A DNA stretch of 64,000 nucleotides from Octopus vulgaris (lineage: Eukaryota): assembly GCA_951406725.2 (NCBI GenBank), contig OX597814.1:131130001-131194000 (forward strand), given 5' to 3'. Below are positions 53,425 through 64,000 of this stretch, one piece after another; within the stretch, counting starts at the first letter, position 1, and every line of letters starts with the position of its first letter. The position numbers and the translations under genes were made by a program. Under the pieces are notes generated by a model. That model searched no databases and was not told the origin of the DNA. It was given only the letters and a program-made list of their open reading frames with translations.

Positions 53425-53805
53425 TGTTCCACGTCTCTGTCCTTCTGTTGTAACAAAATGTCTTTTCCGTTTTCGTTCTGTTGATTTTTTCGTCTTCCTG
53501 TGATGTCCTGTACGTATATATATTTATATATGCATGTATATATACATGTAGATGTCGGTACGTACATATACGTTTGTATGTATGCATATATTTTATTTAT
53601 TACACTATTGTCTGACAGCGCTTCGCGTCGGGTTCGTTTGAATTTTCGATTTTTCGAATTCTCACTTCGTTCCGTCTCTTCCTCCTTGTCCGTTTTTACA
53701 GTTTACTACAATGATGCGAAATTCTCTCCCTTTGCTTTACCTTCCCTTCTCTCTCTCTCTTGCTCTCTCTACCTCACCCTTCTCTCTAGCCTGTGTCTTC
53801 CTCTA

Positions 53806-53869
<64 letters not shown>

Positions 53870-54545
53870 ACTCCTCCTCACTTTCGTCACTGCTAAACCT
53901 TTCCGCCTGTTGCATTCAGGCCCTAAGGTCATGTTTCCTCGCGCTCGCCAGTTACCTATCTCGTCCCAGCCAGAACAAAGGCCTTCGTTCGTCTTTTTCG
54001 TTTATTCTCTTGTTTATTTTTGATTTCTCGTATTGCAATTTAATTCTCGTTATGTATTTTCTTGTACATGTATCTTTATTTTGTATTATTTATTTTTTTC
54101 TTGTATGTATTTTTTGTGCAGTTCTTTGTTACGTCCCTTTTTGTGTTACATTCTTTCTCGCTCGTTTACCCCTCTACGAGTTTATTTTATTTTAATTCTC
54201 TCGTAGGAAGGCCTAGCTTGGCTATACGTGTTCTGTCTCTGCCTTCGAAACACGTGTCTGCTAGCGACAGCTGATGAAGGGGAGTTTTCCTTGTGCAGCA
54301 TGTCCTGTACTTCGTTTTTCTGCTGCACATAATTGTTTTTCCTGTTTTCGTTTTCGTTTCGTCGTCTTGTTCCACGTCTCTGTCCTTCTGCTGTAACAAA
54401 ATGTCTTTTCCGTTTTCGTTCTGTTGATTTTTTCGTCTTCCTGTGATGTCCTGTACGTATATATATTTATATATGCATGTATATATACATGTAGATGTCG
54501 GTACGTACATATATGTTTGTATGTATGCATATATTTTATTTATGA

Positions 54546-54549
<4 letters not shown>
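53425..54549 (+). mobile_element. 943-bp unit plus ~180-bp terminal direct repeat ending in (TA)n; carries a permuted hammerhead
   Basis: tgttccacgtctctgtccttctg..tacacta at 53425-~53607 and 54368-54549. Confidence 0.8.
54224..54282 (+). ncRNA. Candidate non-circularly permuted hammerhead, intact core
   Basis: atacgtg UU ctgtc tct gccttc GAAA cacgtgt ctgctagc gacag CUGAUGA a gggg; helix III 8 bp, helix I 5 bp, helix II cttc/gggg. Confidence 0.75.
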
Positions 54550-54584
<35 letters not shown>

Positions 54585-54719
54585 TATATACATACATATA
54601 TATAATATATATATATAAGAATTTTTTGCGTAATAATACAAAAAACCAAGGCTGTTTCTAGGATATTTATTAATTATATCCCTTCATCGGAGACGGTGTG
54701 AGAGGATGATTAAGTCTAT

Positions 54720-54819
54720 NNNNNNNNNNNNNNNNNNNNNNNNNNNNNNNNNNNNNNNNNNNNNNNNNNNNNNNNNNNNNNNNNNNNNNNNNNNNNNNNN
54801 NNNNNNNNNNNNNNNNNNN
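54720..54819. other. Assembly gap (100 N)
   Basis: Run of n. Confidence 1.
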
Positions 54820-60336
<5,517 letters not shown>

Positions 60337-61128
60337 ACATACATACATATATGTATATATATATATAAACAATCATTGACAAAGAAATTTTTTTAAAGCG
60401 GTCTAAATGCAAAGAGTTTCCATACAATCAACCAAATTGATTTATTGAAACACAGAAGAACGTTCTTAAAGTATTCAAAAAAAATCCATATAAGGTTATA
60501 AATTATAAATTTTGTATGGTTATAAATTATGCAACATAGAGGTTAAATGATTACCTCACATGACTTACGATAATATAAATACAAATTAGTTCATAGGAGA
60601 GCCGAAGCTGGAAAACAGCATCTAGGCTAATAAAATTTGTTTCTAAAAAAAGATAAAAGAAAGAAAACGCTAAAAAATTATAAGATGAAATTATTACAAA
60701 TTTTTGAGCGTTAGAAATATGAAAGTGAGTTAATATCAACCTAGACAAAAAGCTAATAAAACATTAACAGGCTTAATAAACGCGATTTTAATAATAAAAT
60801 GTTTCTAGATTTTAAAATTGAAGGGAAATGTTTTTACTGAAATATAACATTGCAGGTTTTTGTTTTGATATGTGTTGAAAGAGAATGGTTTGAGATAGAC
60901 AAATAAAATGTTGAAAATATGTATGTAATAAACTTTGAGAGTGGCAACAATAAAACGATTAAGAAGTAGTTTGAAGTTTCTCGGTGATAATTATTATAAA
61001 ATCGTAAAATTATATATGTATCGTTCACTGTGAACAAGTGTCTATACAAAACATCTAGAATATATGCATGTATGATATACATGCAAAATTATTTAGAATA
61101 TATACAAGTATTAAGAGAAGGGAATATA

Positions 61129-61684
61129 CTAGGTTGTTCGGAAAGTTCGTGCCGACTTACATTTCGACTTATTTTAGAACGTGGTTGAGTTAATAAAATA
61201 GGATTTGACTACGCCTCCATTTAGAGCACACTTTAAGCTGCCTTTTCGTGGAAGAAGGTTTATATTCCTATAACCTGTCTTAATTCTGTAACCCTTTAAA
61301 ATGGAAGATAGGAAAGTTCATTTTCGGTACTTGATGTTTTGGGAACCAGACAAAAATTGCAGCAGCTCGGCTGGGATGTGTTACCCCACCCTCCATATTC
61401 ACCAGATATTGCTCATTCGGATTTCCACTAATTCAGGTCTCTGCAGAATAGTCTTAAAGGTAAAACTTTCGATTCCTTGGATGACGTAAAAAGATACCTT
61501 GATGAATTTTTTGCCATGAAAACACCTCAATTCTGAGAAGAGGGTATTTCAAGTTAAAGGAAAGATGGAGACGCATTGTGCAACAAAATGGTACATGTTT
61601 GGTTGATTAAAAATGTAATGGCAAGTATTTATTGACCTATTTCTTTCCTTTAAAAATCGGCACGAACTTTCCGGACAACCCATT
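61129..61684 (+). mobile_element. Internally deleted mariner element with both TIRs
   Basis: TIRs ggttgttcggaaagttcgtgccga / tcggcacgaactttccggacaacc; internal LQQLGWDVLPHPPYSPDIAHSDFH..LKGKTF (mariner YSPDL-type motif). Confidence 0.9.
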
Positions 61685-61687
61685 CTG

Positions 61688-62300
61688 AAGGCGGCGAGCA
61701 GATAAAATCGATAGCATACTGGACTAAATGCGTAGTAGCATTTCATCTGACTTAAGTTTAAGTTCAAATTCCACTGAGGTTGACTTAGACTTTTATCCCT
61801 TTCGGAGTCGATTGAAAAATGAATACCAGTTGAGGACTTAGGTCGATGTAATCAATTCGAAATTGCTGGCCTTGTACCAATACAGAACATTCCTTTTTGC
61901 TGAACAACTGCAGTAGAATTGAGCGGAACACTATTTTGGTTTCTAATATTACAGTTTATGTAAAGCGGTGAGCTGGCAGAAACGTTAGCCGCCGGGCGAA
62001 ATGCTTAGCGGTATTTCGGGGTCGATTAAATAAGTACCACTTACACACTGGGGTCTATGTAATCGACTTAATCCGTTTGTCTGTCCTTGTTTGTCCCCTC
62101 TCTGTGTAGCCCCTTGTGGGTAGTAAAGAAATAGGTATTTCGTCTGTCTTTACGTTCTAAGTTCAAATTCCACCGAGATCGATTTTGCCTTTCACCCTTT
62201 CGAAATCGTTAATTTAAGTACCAGTTGCGTACTGGGGGGGTCGATATAATTGACATGCCCCCTCCCCCAAAATTTCGGGCCTTGTGCTTAGAATAGAAAA
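61688..62300 (+). mobile_element. Two diverged Meta-type SINE copies (61688-61890, 61962-62300)
   Basis: aaggcggcgagc/aaagcggtgagctggcagaaacg heads and agttcaaattccac..ttt(t/c)a(t/c)ccttt bodies. Confidence 0.75.
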
Positions 62301-64000
62301 TAATATTATAGCTTATGTATTGAGCGTTAGGAATCACTCGGCGGAATTTTAAAGAATAAATCCTTATAAAGTTAATACAATCATAATTGAATAATAAGTA
62401 GTTTAATAAAACCGCTAGAAGAACATTAAAGAAATTATACAAGCGTTGAATTACCGCCAGAAACTGCAAGAACGCTGAAATTGAGCAGCTACGTAGTTTT
62501 TAAAAGATTGGGCTGATAATAGGATTATGACTATCGCTGTAGAAGTTAACAAAGAGAGAGAAGTGATATTCTTATCAGTTATATACTATATAAAAAAAAA
62601 AGAAAGAGCATACTAAAAGGCATATAAGTGCGATTACAATGAATATTAAGACTGAAAATTTCATCAACTGACGCAATGTATTCATTGAAATCTACAGATA
62701 AATACGATAGTAGAGTTATACCTACATTCCTACAGATATACACAATGGCAAGTCAAGATAAATTCATATAACTTACATACACCAATACGTACGTACGTAC
62801 GTAAGCAAATCTACGATACACACGCGCGCACGCACAGACACACGGGGATAAGTCAGTGAATAATGCAATATTTATCTGTATTACATTTTGATTCAGCTCT
62901 ATATATATGAGGGTGAATCAAGACGTAATGCAAATGGAAATTGCATTTTCTGACACAGTCTCGTGCGCCCACACGCGTGTATGTGTTGTTGTTGTTAAGC
63001 AACAAGACGGATAAGGGTGATTAGGTGATGATCTAGGGCTTAGGGACGGGAGACCCCAGACCTTGGGAAATATAAAACTTTGGTCGTCATGTTGTAGTCG
63101 AGGGCTCTTCGTTGACGCCCGACACCACTGGGAGGTGGCCCTCGAAGTCGCTGGAAATGGAGATCTCCAGGTCCAAATTCTTGAACGGCCGCGTGTATGT
63201 GTGCGCGCGCGTGTTTAATAAAGGTGACTAGACGCAATTTAAGACAAAAAAGGAAAAAGTTTCACCGTCACTGAAAGTGACTAAGGGTGCAAGGCAGCAC
63301 CAGCATTGCTAGAAGCAAGAGTCAAAGACTCTTTAATCACAAACGAAGCACGGTTTTATGTATTGACAAGGGAGACAACCTCCCCATAGCAGGCGAAGGT
63401 ATCAGATTGGCACGCTAATTTCGCATGAAATTAATGCTCATCGGTGTGCTACTCCATAAATGTGTGTGTGTGAACGATTGATCATATCAACTTACATCCA
63501 CATACAAGATAATTAGATTTGAAATGAATAAATTTTCTTGTTGTATTTAGGAATGGTCATGTTGCCAGTTTAGCCAATAAAAACACACGCACTATATATT
63601 TGGTGTTAATTTACTCTTTATACTCTTTTACTTGTTTCAGTCATTTGACTGCGGCCATGCTTTGCTTGAGCTTTATTTATTTTTTACATTAATCTTAATC
63701 TTATTTCGGCCAGAGTTCTTTTGTCACACTTCTGTAACCTCATCAGTGGTTCTTTGCTTTCTTCTTATCTTATTATTAATTTTCATTAAATTGTTAAACA
63801 TTCTGTAATGGATCACCGTCGTTCGACGATCAGGATTCAGTTGTTCGATCAAATGAATTACCTGCTCCTGACTAAACGTGTACGTGGCTGAGCATTCTGT
63901 GGGCATGTGTAGACTTAACATTATTCTCCGGTACTATCTGTGTGACATAGTGTGTAACAAAGCTGCAGCTTTGGAATCACAGGCGCAATCTACGTGATAA

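Noticed and set aside
54247-54277. Alternative reading as a type II hammerhead using local GAAA-cacgtg-UC
   Set aside because: Helix I does not pair in register after that UC, whereas the upstream UU-ctgtc/gacag reading pairs fully and is mirrored in other families
54651-54694. Type I hammerhead on the minus strand (CCGAUGA a gggatat..atatcct a GAAA cagc)
   Set aside because: Truncated after GAAA-cagc; no cleavage strand, so not listed as a complete motif

Overview
AT-rich, microsatellite-saturated eukaryotic intergenic or intronic DNA. The repeat content (tRNA-headed CORE- and Meta-type SINEs, Penelope-like element remnants, abundant (TA)n/(CATA)n) suggests a cephalopod, probably Octopus; this is an inference. 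No host protein-coding gene is supported, and most listed ORFs are microsatellite artefacts. Recognisable coding remnants are LINE RT, mariner/Tc1, hAT and Penelope-like (PLE) RT/GIY-YIG fragments. 49227-54719 is duplicated at 54820-60336 across a 100-N gap, most likely an assembly artefact. The main unexplained signal is a dense set of short non-coding, usually (TA)n-associated mobile repeats carrying hammerhead ribozyme (HHR) motifs. (i) Conventional type I HHRs with palindromic helix III, including an exact 360-bp tandem repeat that looks like a circRNA-producing retrozyme. (ii) At least five sequence-distinct versions of a hammerhead whose three strands lie in reversed, non-circularly permuted order, [III'-UH-I]...[II'-GAAA-III]...[I'-CUGANGA-II], with compensatory changes in helices I and III; one version sits in a ~705-bp tandem array. 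All folds were read by eye and none is experimentally or computationally validated.
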